40,235 nucleotides of DNA from Nitrospirota bacterium (lineage in GTDB: Bacteria; UBA2233), in NCBI GenBank assembly GCA_011620345.1, contig WOZJ01000010.1, forward strand, positions 1 through 40,235, in the 5' to 3' direction. The notes under the pieces were generated by a model. It made no database searches, was not told the DNA's origin, and was given only the letters and a program-made list of their open reading frames with translations. Shown here piece after piece: positions 17,618 through 26,561 of this stretch (position 1 is its first letter; the number at the start of each line of letters is the position of its first letter). Both the position numbers and the translations under genes were made by a program.

Positions 17618-20279
17618 GGTCTTGAATTGTACCGATGTGCTCCAAGGCCGAATCGCGCTTTTTGGCCAGCAATTCCATGCGCTCTAGATGTTCGGAAATA
17701 ACCAAAGCGGGCGCATGCTCCCTGAAGCCTTGGTTGTCCAAGCGTGCCTTCAAAACCTTGATTTCGCCCTCGATCTTTTGGACCTCTTTGAGTAGCCGCG
17801 CTTTTTCCGCCGCGATGTCGGCGGCCTGCCTTAAGGGTCTCGCAAAAACATCCAACGTGCCATCAGATGTGCGCCACCAAAGACCTTCCGGGGCCAAGCG
17901 CTCGTCCAACCCAATAAGCTTGCAGCGCGCTAAGGATTCGATCGAAGGCTTGAGCTCAGACGCAAGCTTAAGGAGAGGGGCGTTTCGGCTCAAGGCAAAC
18001 ACCTCGAGAGGCTCTGCGGGTCCAAGCCCATGCTCGCCCCTAAGGGTTCGAACCCTACCGATAAGGCCGATGACTTTGGCGAAATCCTCCGCCTTATTCT
18101 CGTCGAAAGAGATAGCCGAGGGATCCGGAAACCCCGCACCTTCAAACCCGTTTAAGTCGCCAACGCCAAGCGCATAAAGGTGCTCGGTTATGAACGGGAT
18201 GAACGGATGCAAAAGCTTCAGCGTGCAAGAGAGCGTAAAAAGGAGCGTATGCCTTGCACTCTCGGCTTTTTCATCCCCTTCGCCGCCCCGCAAAGGGATT
18301 TTGCTTAGTTCGACGTACCAGTCGCAGAGCTCGTCCCAGGTAAAGTGATAAAGCAGGTTGGCTGCACCGCTAAAGTCGTAGGCATCCAAAAGGTCGGAGG
18401 TTTTTTTTACCACGCCGTCCAGCCTCGAGAGAATCCAGTGGTCCGCCGGGTTCAAGGCGGCCGGCGGCTCGGTAAAGCAGTGCTTCACCCTCTCGGTGGT
18501 ACCCGCGTTCATGAACGCGAAGCGCGCAAGATTCCAGATTTTGTTCATGAAGGTGCGGTATCCTTGAATCCTGCCTTCGGACAGCCTAATATCTCGACCT
18601 TGAACCGCAAGGATTGCGAGCGTGAAGCGCAGCGCATCCGTCCCGTACTTCTCCATCATGTCGACAGGATCGATCACGTTCCCTTTTGACTTGCTCATTT
18701 TCTGGCCGTGCTCGTCCCTGATTAGCGCATGGATGTAGACATCGCGAAAGGGCACGTCGCTTGTAAACTTCAGGCCCATCATGATCATCCGCGCGACCCA
18801 GAAAAACAGGATATCGAACCCCGTGACAATCGTATCGGTCGGATAAAATCGCGCCAACTCCAAGGTTTGACGAGGCCAGCCCAACGTCGCAAACGGCCAT
18901 AGCGCAGAGCTGAACCAGGTATCCAAGACGTCTGTTTCTTCCTCAAGCCGTCCGGTTGTACAATTGGGGCACGGATCGCCAGGCTTGCCCTCTTCTTTTA
19001 AAAATGCCGATCCACATCCCCGGCATACGAGCGCCTCAATTGGATGCCCCCAAGCGATTTGCCTGGAGATGCACCAGTCTTTGATGTTGGTCATCCACTC
19101 TTCGTACGTTCGGACCCATCCTTCGGGAATAAACCGCAAACGGCCTTCCTTGACGGCCGCAATCGCGGGCTCTGCCAGCGACTTCATTTTTACGAACCAC
19201 TGGCGTGACACGAGCGGCTCGATTACGCTCCCGCACCGGTAGCACCTTCCCGCGGGCACTTCGTAGGGTGCCGTCTCGACAAGAAGACCTTGGTCTTTTA
19301 AATCCTCAACAACCCGCTTTCTGGCTTCGAACCGGTCTAGCCCGAAGTAAGGGCCCGGGAGAATCACCTTTCCGTCCTTGTCGAACACGTGGATCCCGGT
19401 CAGCCCATGCCTTTTGGCCGCTTCGAAGTCTTGAAAATCATGGAATGGGGTAATCTTGACCGCGCCGGAGCCGAATTCCGGGTCGACGAAGGCGTCCTCA
19501 ATGAGTGGGATGTCCCTGCCGACGAGCGGAAGGACAAGCGTACCCTCCTTGTAGGGCCTGTAGCGGGGGTCGTCCGGATGGACGGCCACGGCCACGTCGC
19601 CAAGCATGGTTTCCGGACGGGTCGTGGCCACCACGACGCCGTCTCCTGCGGCCCTATCTTTGGCGGGATAACGAATGAGCCAAAGCGACCCGGGCTCGCT
19701 TTGATGGTTTACCTCTAAATCGGAAAGGGCGGTCTGGCAGCGCACGCAGAAGTTCGTAATGTAATCGCCAAGATAGACGAGACCCTCTTTAAACAGCCGC
19801 CTGAACACGGTCTGGACGGCATCTTGAAACCCATCGTCCATCGTAAAGCGGGATCTCGAGAAATCCAACGAGGCGCCAAGCTTTTTGAGCTGGGCAAATA
19901 TCTGGTTGCCGTGCCGATCTTTGTAGGCAAGGATCTCGCCAATCAGCCCTTCTTTTGAGAGCGTACGAGGGTCTATGCCACGACTTATAAGGTCGCGCTC
20001 GACCACGAATTGCGTCGCAATGCCCGCGTGGTCCACGCCGGGCAACCAAAGGACGTCGTACCCCCGAAGCCTTTTGTAGCGGGCAAGAATATCCTGGAGC
20101 GTGGCGTTCAGGGCATGTCCAATGTGCAAAAGGCCGGTGACGTTTGGCGGCGGGATGACCATCGAAAATCGGGCCGCCCCCTCGTCCAACGACGGGGAAA
20201 ACCGCTTTCTTTCGCACCAAAGCTCCTGCAGTAGAGGCTCTATCGCCAGCGGGTCGTAGCGTGTGGACAGTTCAATCAT
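17595..20279 (-). CDS. valS: Valyl-tRNA synthetase
   Basis: PPPNVTGLLHIGH, WCISRQ, DTWFSS, KMSKS, C-terminal coiled coil; ATGA overlap with the upstream gene. Confidence 0.98.
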   Translation of the reverse strand: MIELSTRYDPLAIEPLLQELWCERKRFSPSLDEGAARFSMVIPPPNVTGLLHIGHALNATLQDILARYKRLRGYDVLWLPGVDHAGIATQFVVERDLISRGIDPRTLSKEGLIGEILAYKDRHGNQIFAQLKKLGASLDFSRSRFTMDDGFQDAVQTVFRRLFKEGLVYLGDYITNFCVRCQTALSDLEVNHQSEPGSLWLIRYPAKDRAAGDGVVVATTRPETMLGDVAVAVHPDDPRYRPYKEGTLVLPLVGRDIPLIEDAFVDPEFGSGAVKITPFHDFQDFEAAKRHGLTGIHVFDKDGKVILPGPYFGLDRFEARKRVVEDLKDQGLLVETAPYEVPAGRCYRCGSVIEPLVSRQWFVKMKSLAEPAIAAVKEGRLRFIPEGWVRTYEEWMTNIKDWCISRQIAWGHPIEALVCRGCGSAFLKEEGKPGDPCPNCTTGRLEEETDVLDTWFSSALWPFATLGWPRQTLELARFYPTDTIVTGFDILFFWVARMIMMGLKFTSDVPFRDVYIHALIRDEHGQKMSKSKGNVIDPVDMMEKYGTDALRFTLAILAVQGRDIRLSEGRIQGYRTFMNKIWNLARFAFMNAGTTERVKHCFTEPPAALNPADHWILSRLDGVVKKTSDLLDAYDFSGAANLLYHFTWDELCDWYVELSKIPLRGGEGDEKAESARHTLLFTLSCTLKLLHPFIPFITEHLYALGVGDLNGFEGAGFPDPSAISFDENKAEDFAKVIGLIGRVRTLRGEHGLGPAEPLEVFALSRNAPLLKLASELKPSIESLARCKLIGLDERLAPEGLWWRTSDGTLDVFARPLRQAADIAAEKARLLKEVQKIEGEIKVLKARLDNQGFREHAPALVISEHLERMELLAKKRDSALEHIGTIQDHDSGLRS

Positions 20280-21175
20280 TCGTACTTGATTCGCTTTTTC
20301 ATCGCCTCGTTCATACGGTACCGAACCCATGAACGGACTTCATCCTTGGCAATCCTGTCGATCTTACCCTTCATCTCCTTGGTAAAGCTCAAGAACACTT
20401 CGTACATTTCTTCATACAGCCTGTTTGCAAACTCTTCGAGCACCTGGCCAAGGGCTTCGTCCGCAATTTCAAGCAGCGAGGTCAATGGAAGGTCTTCGAA
20501 CGCTGCCCGATGACGAACCTGCGGGGGTTCGGGCTTCCAGGAGGGAACTTCATCGATTCTTTTGCCGGGTTCGATTTTTTTGCCGGGCCATTCGCCAGGC
20601 CTGGGCTCGGATCGTTCGAGCTCAACCATACCCCAGGCCTGGCGCTCTTCGGGAGAGATATCCTCCAGCTGAGCATCATTGAGCTGCTCGACCTCTCCTT
20701 CTCCCCCCACATCGGACCTCGTTGAGCTAGTGGCGGCGGATATAGGCTGGGAAAGCTCCTCCAGCAAAGGCTCGCCCTTCGGGACATGCGTCTCCTTTGC
20801 CTGAGAATGCCTGGGCTGAAAGTAACGCCGCAAAACGAGCCGAAAGTCTTGAGGGTTAAAAGGGTCTAGAAGAGCCTCTTCAATCCCTAAGTCTTTCAAC
20901 AGCAGCGGGTCGACATCGCCGACATCCCCCATAAGAACGACAGGGACCGACTTGAGCCGGCCCTTCTCTTTTAACGCGTGGATAAGGTCGAGACCGCTCA
21001 CCGTAGCCGAGAGCCTGTTGGAAACGACAAAAAGGCCCGGAGGACTGGCCACCAGGGCGTTGTACGCGGCCTCCACCGTATCGAATACTTGCCCTTCTAG
21101 CTCATACTCGCTCAGCACAGAGCGGACCTGTCCTTGGAGTGTCGCATCCGGGCAAAGAACGTAAGCTTTCTTCAT
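20276..21175 (-). CDS. Pseudo-receiver protein with acidic/Pro-rich linker and helical C-terminus (RomR-like)
   Basis: REC-like N-terminus (PPGLFVVS, SGLDL, VPVVLM, DPF) lacking phospho-Asp and Lys; low-complexity linker; coupled to valS. Confidence 0.7.
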   Translation of the reverse strand: MKKAYVLCPDATLQGQVRSVLSEYELEGQVFDTVEAAYNALVASPPGLFVVSNRLSATVSGLDLIHALKEKGRLKSVPVVLMGDVGDVDPLLLKDLGIEEALLDPFNPQDFRLVLRRYFQPRHSQAKETHVPKGEPLLEELSQPISAATSSTRSDVGGEGEVEQLNDAQLEDISPEERQAWGMVELERSEPRPGEWPGKKIEPGKRIDEVPSWKPEPPQVRHRAAFEDLPLTSLLEIADEALGQVLEEFANRLYEEMYEVFLSFTKEMKGKIDRIAKDEVRSWVRYRMNEAMKKRIKYE

Positions 21176-21177
21176 TT

Positions 21178-21990
21178 TTATCTTCCCGCTTCTGCTTGAA
21201 CCGCTTCAATCTTGAAGAGCTTCATGGCGTTTGCCGTAGTCGCCCGTGCTATGGCCTCCAGTGATATTTGTTTGACCTCCGAAAGGACGCGGGCCGTCTC
21301 AAGCACGTAGGCAGGCTCGTTGGGCTTACCTCGGAAAGGCTCCGGAGCGAGAAAGGGGGCGTCCGTCTCGACCATAAGCCCCTCCAAGGGAAGGTCTCTG
21401 GCTACCTCTCTTAGTGCCGATGCCCGCTTGAAGGTAATGTTGCCAGCAAAGGACACCAGAAAGCCCCGCCCTAAGGCCTCTTGCGCAACCTCGAGTGAGT
21501 AGGAAAAACAATGGAAAACGCCTCTGAGCGTCCCTTTTGGAAACGCGCGAAGGATGTCCATCGTCTCTAAGCAGGCATCCCTGCTATGGATTACGACGGG
21601 CAAGCCCATTTCCTGCGCAAGACCAAGGAACCCGGCAAAAAGGGCCTTTTGCGCTGCAAGGTTGTCGGATCGGTAATAAAGATCAAGGCCGACTTCTCCT
21701 ATCGCCACGACTTTTGGTTGGCCTAAAAGCCTCCGCACGTCCCCCAAGCACCCCAAGGGAAAAACGTCCACATCATGCGGATGCACCCCGAGCGCTATAT
21801 AGACGTCGTCAAGCCCGGAGAATTCATGGACTTGACGTTCAATCTCTTCAAACGAAGAGCCTATCGCGACGTTTAGGACATAACGAACCCCTTTGGCCCT
21901 GGCCTTTGCGAGCACCTCGGGGACATTCTGCCTTAAAGGATCCATCCCGAGGTGGCAGTGCGTGTCAAAAAGCTCGGGGACCGTTTGCAT
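21178..21990 (-). CDS. tatD: TatD-family nuclease
   Basis: DTHCHL, GVHPH, AIGEVGLD, IHSRDA, HCFS, ETDAPFL. Confidence 0.95.
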   Translation of the reverse strand: MQTVPELFDTHCHLGMDPLRQNVPEVLAKARAKGVRYVLNVAIGSSFEEIERQVHEFSGLDDVYIALGVHPHDVDVFPLGCLGDVRRLLGQPKVVAIGEVGLDLYYRSDNLAAQKALFAGFLGLAQEMGLPVVIHSRDACLETMDILRAFPKGTLRGVFHCFSYSLEVAQEALGRGFLVSFAGNITFKRASALREVARDLPLEGLMVETDAPFLAPEPFRGKPNEPAYVLETARVLSEVKQISLEAIARATTANAMKLFKIEAVQAEAGR

Positions 21991-21992
21991 GC

Positions 21993-23516
21993 CTACGCTT
22001 CCAGGATTCTAGGAAAGAGCGTTCGGGTTTGCCCAAGCCTACAGGAAGAAAAGAGCCAGTTCGTTTCGCCCGCAAGGCTCCATAAGCCTGGAGTGCCCCC
22101 GGGATCGACGCCTATCTGTTTAAGCCCCTCGGCCGCCTTTGTCGGCATGACGGGTAAGAGCCACACAAAGGCCGCCTTGAGCCCGCCCACGACGTTTGCA
22201 AGCGTGCGTCTCGCCTTGGATGTGTCGGATGACCTGTAGACCGTCCAAGGCGCCTGCTCGGCCATGTAGCCGTTTAGCCGAGAAACCCAGCCGAACGCCT
22301 CAGCAAGTGCTTGGTGGAACATGAGCGAACGGTAACCCTCCTCCACCCTGTTCTTGAGAATCGGGAAATCTCCGAACAGGGCACCTTCCGGCTCCATGCC
22401 CGCAGGAATTGTCCCATCCTCCTGACGCTCCAGAAGCGTAGAGACACGCTGTAGAAGGTTCCCCAAATCGTTCGCCAAATCGGCATTGTAGCGCTCCAAG
22501 AGCCTTTCTTCAGAAAAATCCCCGTCGCGCTCGAAAGGAATCTCCCTCATCAAGAAATACCTAAGGGCATCCGAGGGGTATGTCTTCAACAGATCCTGAA
22601 TATCGAGCGTTCCCCCAAGGGTTTTGGAAAGCTTCTGGCCCGCCATCCGTACAAATCCATGGCCGAACACGCGCTTTGGAAGAGCAAGCCCGGCGGAAAG
22701 CAAAATCGCGGGCCAGATAATCCCGTGGAAGCGTGTGATATCTTTCCCGACGATATGGAGGTCGCAAGGCCAAACGCGAGAAAACCGGGCCGGGTCTGCC
22801 ATGAAGCCTGCACCCGAGACGTAGTTGATGAGCGCGTCCACCCAAACGTACACTCTCTGGCTCGGATCCCACGGTATTGGAATACCCCAGCCTTTCCCCT
22901 TCCTTGAAATACTGATATCCTCCAGGCCCCGCTCCAAGATTTCAAGAAGTTCGTTGTACCGGCTTGAAGGCAAGACGAACGACGGGTCTTCGCGAAAATG
23001 CTCCAAAAGCCTCTTAGTGTACCTAGAAAGCCGAAAGAACAGGTTCTCCTCTTGAAGCCTTTGGGGCGGCTGCTTGTGATGAGGGCATAGCCCATCTACG
23101 AGGTCACCTTCCTTGATGTAGGCTTCGCAAGAAATGCAGTAGAACCCCTGGTAGGTGCCTGAAACGATATCACCGTTGGCTCGCATTCGTTCGAGTAGGG
23201 CCTGGACGGTCTGGACGTGGTCAGAATCTGTCGTTCGAATAAAGCGGTCCGGCTCGACCTGGAGCCCTCGCCATACGCCCAAGAATGCCTCGGCCATCTT
23301 GTCGCAATATTCTTTGGGATCTAGCCCGAGCTCTCTTGCGCGTTTTTCCACGTTTGCCGAGTGCTCGTCGTTGCCCATCTGGAAGTAGACGTCGTCGCCC
23401 ACGAGCCTGTGGAACCTCGAGAGCACGTCTGCACCGATCTTTTCGTAAGCCGTCCCAAGGTGGGGCCTTGCGTTGGCATAGTCGATTGCAGTGGTCAGGT
23501 AGAACTTACTTTGCAA
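21993..23516 (-). CDS. metG: Methionyl-tRNA synthetase, short form without C-terminal tRNA-binding domain
   Basis: YLTTAIDYAN, HLGT, YVWVDALINY, GKDITRFH, KLSKT; GAAGGAG RBS before TTG 23516. Confidence 0.96.
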   Translation of the reverse strand: MQSKFYLTTAIDYANARPHLGTAYEKIGADVLSRFHRLVGDDVYFQMGNDEHSANVEKRARELGLDPKEYCDKMAEAFLGVWRGLQVEPDRFIRTTDSDHVQTVQALLERMRANGDIVSGTYQGFYCISCEAYIKEGDLVDGLCPHHKQPPQRLQEENLFFRLSRYTKRLLEHFREDPSFVLPSSRYNELLEILERGLEDISISRKGKGWGIPIPWDPSQRVYVWVDALINYVSGAGFMADPARFSRVWPCDLHIVGKDITRFHGIIWPAILLSAGLALPKRVFGHGFVRMAGQKLSKTLGGTLDIQDLLKTYPSDALRYFLMREIPFERDGDFSEERLLERYNADLANDLGNLLQRVSTLLERQEDGTIPAGMEPEGALFGDFPILKNRVEEGYRSLMFHQALAEAFGWVSRLNGYMAEQAPWTVYRSSDTSKARRTLANVVGGLKAAFVWLLPVMPTKAAEGLKQIGVDPGGTPGLWSLAGETNWLFSSCRLGQTRTLFPRILEA

Positions 23517-24244
23517 ACGCACTCTCCTTCGGCGTCTTCGTAAGAAAGGCAACACAGCAACCTCCCGCACGGGCCGGTCGAGGAGCGATCTTGCAGGAAC
23601 GAACCTTCAAGTTTTGCAATGCTCACAGGCCGAAAGGACGCTAAAAAGCTGCAACAGCATGCCTCCCTTCCGCAAATACCGATACCCCCAAGCATTTTGC
23701 ATGCATCCCGAACGCCCACCTGACGCATTTCGATCCTCGCTTTCAGGGTGTCGGCCAAATCCCGGACCAACTCCCTAAAGTCAACGCGCGAGCTAGAGGT
23801 GTAATGAAAAATCACCTTCTCTCGGCCCAAGGCGCATTCGGCCTTCACGATTTTCATTGGAAGCCCATGCTTGCGAACACGCTCCCTCGCCACCCCGAAG
23901 GCTTGTTGAGCCTGCTCCGATGCAAGCTTATGGCGTACACGATCTTCATCAGATGCAATGCAAAGGATAACACCCGCATCTTTATCGCCCAAAGCCTTCT
24001 CGAGATCAACCCCTTCCCCCTTAAAGGGCGCCAGCGTAGCGGCCAGGAATGCCAAAAATGCTCCCCGGTCAATCTCGATGAGGACAGGGTCTCCTATGCG
24101 AAAGTCAGGAATTTTTGAAAATACCCTGTAGAGAAAAGGAGGGGGACCCATCCTACAATAGCCCTCATAGAGGGGGTTGCCCTGCCTGTAAAAGGAAACA
24201 AGGTCTTCCCTTAACTCTGCAGATAGCTGCTTTTTGATTCCCAC
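23495..24244 (-). CDS. PSP1-domain protein (YaaT/RicT family)
   Basis: RVDFRELVRDL, RIEMRQVGVRD, GICGREACC, GPCGRLLCCLSYE; located between holB and metG. Confidence 0.9.
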   Translation of the reverse strand: MGIKKQLSAELREDLVSFYRQGNPLYEGYCRMGPPPFLYRVFSKIPDFRIGDPVLIEIDRGAFLAFLAATLAPFKGEGVDLEKALGDKDAGVILCIASDEDRVRHKLASEQAQQAFGVARERVRKHGLPMKIVKAECALGREKVIFHYTSSSRVDFRELVRDLADTLKARIEMRQVGVRDACKMLGGIGICGREACCCSFLASFRPVSIAKLEGSFLQDRSSTGPCGRLLCCLSYEDAEGECVCKVSST

Positions 24245-25020
24245 GCCTGTATTTCCCTTTGAAGCGCAAACAGCTCCAAAACCCCAACCTCAGTCTGAAG
24301 TGACGGCAAGTCTCTATTGAGGAGCCTTCCAGCCAAAGCTCCCACCCTACTAGCCCATTGATAGGAACGGCCCGGATCCCTTTGGCCAACCCTGACAACG
24401 CCTTTGAGTATGTTAGCACACAGGCAGGAAACGGCTAAATCCCTCGTTTCTTGCCTTTCGATCGTATGCTTAAGGAAAGCAGTCATAGAAGCCCCGGAAT
24501 CGAGGGGCGGAAGCTCAAAAGGCTTCCCCCTTTGCTCTACAAGTGCCTGCGCTGGGAGGTTTAATCGAAAACACCGACTCTGAAGGGTAGGGGAAAGGGC
24601 ATACGAGGAGGGCGACAAAAGGAAGATGCGTACGCCATCGGCTGGTTCTTCGAGCGTCTTTAGGAGCGCGTCTCCCGCCAGCCGACCGAGCATTTCCGCC
24701 CTCTCCACGAAAAGGATCTTCCTTGGCCCTTCAATGCCGGAACTTCCCACGAAGCGTTGCATTTGCCGAACCTGCGATACCGTGTAGGCCTGTCCCTCGG
24801 GAGCGAACACGGCCATATCCGGATGACTCCCCTCCTCTATCCGTAGGCATGCCTCACACGCCGTGCTCTCTTCTCCGAACGAAGGACAAAGGCAGGAACG
24901 GCCGATCTTACGGATGATGGGCGCTTTGTCCGCCCAAAGAGGAAGGGAGAGGCAAACGGAAAATGAGAACCTGCCAGAAAGAAGCTTATGCAAAATGCCC
25001 CAGAAATCAAGGCCGTCCAT
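24211..25020 (-). CDS. holB: DNA polymerase III delta' subunit (divergent)
   Basis: Cys cluster C...CEAC, HPD, DALLKTLEEP, PTLQSRC; follows tmk. Confidence 0.88.
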   Translation of the reverse strand: MDGLDFWGILHKLLSGRFSFSVCLSLPLWADKAPIIRKIGRSCLCPSFGEESTACEACLRIEEGSHPDMAVFAPEGQAYTVSQVRQMQRFVGSSGIEGPRKILFVERAEMLGRLAGDALLKTLEEPADGVRIFLLSPSSYALSPTLQSRCFRLNLPAQALVEQRGKPFELPPLDSGASMTAFLKHTIERQETRDLAVSCLCANILKGVVRVGQRDPGRSYQWASRVGALAGRLLNRDLPSLQTEVGVLELFALQREIQAWESKSSYLQS

Positions 25021-25624
25021 ACGATTGCAGCTCCCTCCGAACCAGTTCTCGGATGATTTCCTGGCTTTCGAGCGCGTTGATGACGGTAACGCGGTCGGGG
25101 TTGGTCTCAGCGATACGAAGAAAACCCTCACGAACCGCCTTGAAGAAGGCACCCTGCCCCGTATCCCAGGCATTGCCCCCACTGCGAAGGCGGACCCTTT
25201 CGGCTGCGCTTTTGGGGTCCAAGTCCAGAAGGAACGTTTTGCAAGGCCAAAATTCCGCCGAGCTCATGCGGTTGAGGCTCTCGATCAGGCTGATCTCGAG
25301 CCCTAAGGCATATCCTTGGTAGGCCAAAGTCGAATCCACGAAGCGATCCAAGACGACAAAATCCGCCTCGGCAGCCCTTAGGCTTCGAAGGAAGCGTGCA
25401 TGCTCTACTCTTGAAGCCTCAAAGAGGAACAGCTGAGAAAGAGGGGGGATTTGATGAGGCGATCCGGCCAACAGGTGGGTTCGAATAAACTCGCCTACTG
25501 CTCCAAAGGGCTCTTGACTAAGGAACACCTCATAGCCTTGGGAAAAGAGCTCATAAGCGGCCCAATGGGCAAACGTCGTTTTCCCCGCCCCTTCGACCCC
25601 CTCGAACGTTACAACCCTTGCCAT
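25007..25624 (-). CDS. tmk: Thymidylate kinase
   Basis: TFEGVEGAGKTT, EP, DRFVDSTLAYQG. Confidence 0.95.
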   Translation of the reverse strand: MARVVTFEGVEGAGKTTFAHWAAYELFSQGYEVFLSQEPFGAVGEFIRTHLLAGSPHQIPPLSQLFLFEASRVEHARFLRSLRAAEADFVVLDRFVDSTLAYQGYALGLEISLIESLNRMSSAEFWPCKTFLLDLDPKSAAERVRLRSGGNAWDTGQGAFFKAVREGFLRIAETNPDRVTVINALESQEIIRELVRRELQSYGRP

Positions 25625-25650
25625 AGAGGCGCGCTCTTAAGGATACAGGC

Positions 25651-26259
25651 CTACCGAAGATAACGAAGGTCAGAAAAAGAAAACCTGTACACCTCGTTGA
25701 AGCGCCTATCGCCTACCGTATCGTAGGCGGCCCGGATGGGCAACAAAAGCTTCTTATCGATAGTAACCTCGGCATGACGGTAGCGGTATGCATCCTTGCC
25801 CGTGTAATAGCTACGGATGACGATGGTATCCCCGCTGTCTTCGACCTCGGTCTTGATGGGGACTCCACTCTCCACGCGTTCCATCTCTTCGTTAAGGCGA
25901 GCGATGACATAGCCGGGTCCCACATCCCCGTTTGCCTCCCTGAACACCTTGGATGTAATCGGTATTGGCATCTTTATCCCGAAAACCTCCTTGAAAAGCA
26001 CTCCTCTTTTTACAACCAGCTCCTCTCCCGCTTTGGGCCCTAAGGTGTACCGAAGGACCGTTCTTCCCGGGGTAAACTCTAAACTGGCCTTCTCATGCAC
26101 GGCGTTCTTGACGATCTCCAGCTCGCCCCTGTAGGAGGCGACGCGCGCGTATTGTGCCTTCACCTCATTGATCAGGGTTTTTTGATCCAAGGGGCTGGCA
26201 AAAGACCCAAGTGGGACGAAAAGAGCAAGAATCCCAAAGAGAAAACATTTCCGGACCAT
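25651..26259 (-). CDS. Exported LolA-like-fold protein (DUF1571/lipoprotein-carrier-like)
   Basis: Signal peptide; N-terminal helix then SYRGEL strand; C-terminal IDKKLLLPIR..Y..FSDL pattern; has its own promoter. Confidence 0.6.
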   Translation of the reverse strand: MVRKCFLFGILALFVPLGSFASPLDQKTLINEVKAQYARVASYRGELEIVKNAVHEKASLEFTPGRTVLRYTLGPKAGEELVVKRGVLFKEVFGIKMPIPITSKVFREANGDVGPGYVIARLNEEMERVESGVPIKTEVEDSGDTIVIRSYYTGKDAYRYRHAEVTIDKKLLLPIRAAYDTVGDRRFNEVYRFSFSDLRYLR

Positions 26260-26331
26260 AGTTATATTCCTATTCTTCAGCTTTTTTAGGCGTTTTTTGC
26301 AGCAAGAAGGTGCAAACTTAAAACAAATATC

Positions 26332-26360
26332 ATTATAGCAGCACCAAGAACAATGGTCAA
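26332..26360 (-). promoter_or_regulatory. Near-consensus sigma70 promoter for the LolA-like gene and probably the tmk-coaX run
   Basis: TTGACC-17 nt-TATAAT on the minus strand. Confidence 0.8.
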
Positions 26361-26375
26361 CCTTGTGGCTACTGT

Positions 26376-26401
26376 AAGAAAATGCTAGGTCGGTCAGCAT
26401 T
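26376..26401 (-). terminator. Weak candidate terminator downstream of the xseA-SBP transcript
   Basis: AATGCT/AGCATT inverted repeat followed by TTCTT on the minus strand. Confidence 0.3.
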
Positions 26402-26408
26402 CCCCTAA

Positions 26409-26558
26409 GCATGGGGCTGTGTGAGGAACGCCTACGCCCAATAAACTCAGCGCCCCCTCGGCCAAGGCGGCAGAAGCCACCCCGAAGAGGGTCTGCACCT
26501 TGAGGACGAAAGGCAGCTTGGGGAAGAGATGGCAGGCGTGAGCGCGGGTAGCTCAAGC
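26409..26558 (+). ncRNA. Rod-shaped structured RNA candidate (6S-RNA-like)
   Basis: Nested stems paired by hand: GGGCT/AGCTC, GTGT/GCGC, ACGCCT/AGGCGT, GCC/GGC, central bubble, CTCAGC-GCC/GGC-A-GCT-T-GGG, CAAGG/CCTTG, GCAGA/TCTGC, CCC/GGG. G-U pairs favour the + strand. Confidence 0.5.
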
Positions 26559-26561
26559 GGA

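Noticed and set aside
26500-26512. TGAGGACGAAA, matching part of the classic hammerhead ribozyme
   Set aside because: No CTGANGA core is positioned before a stem II, so the catalytic core cannot be assembled
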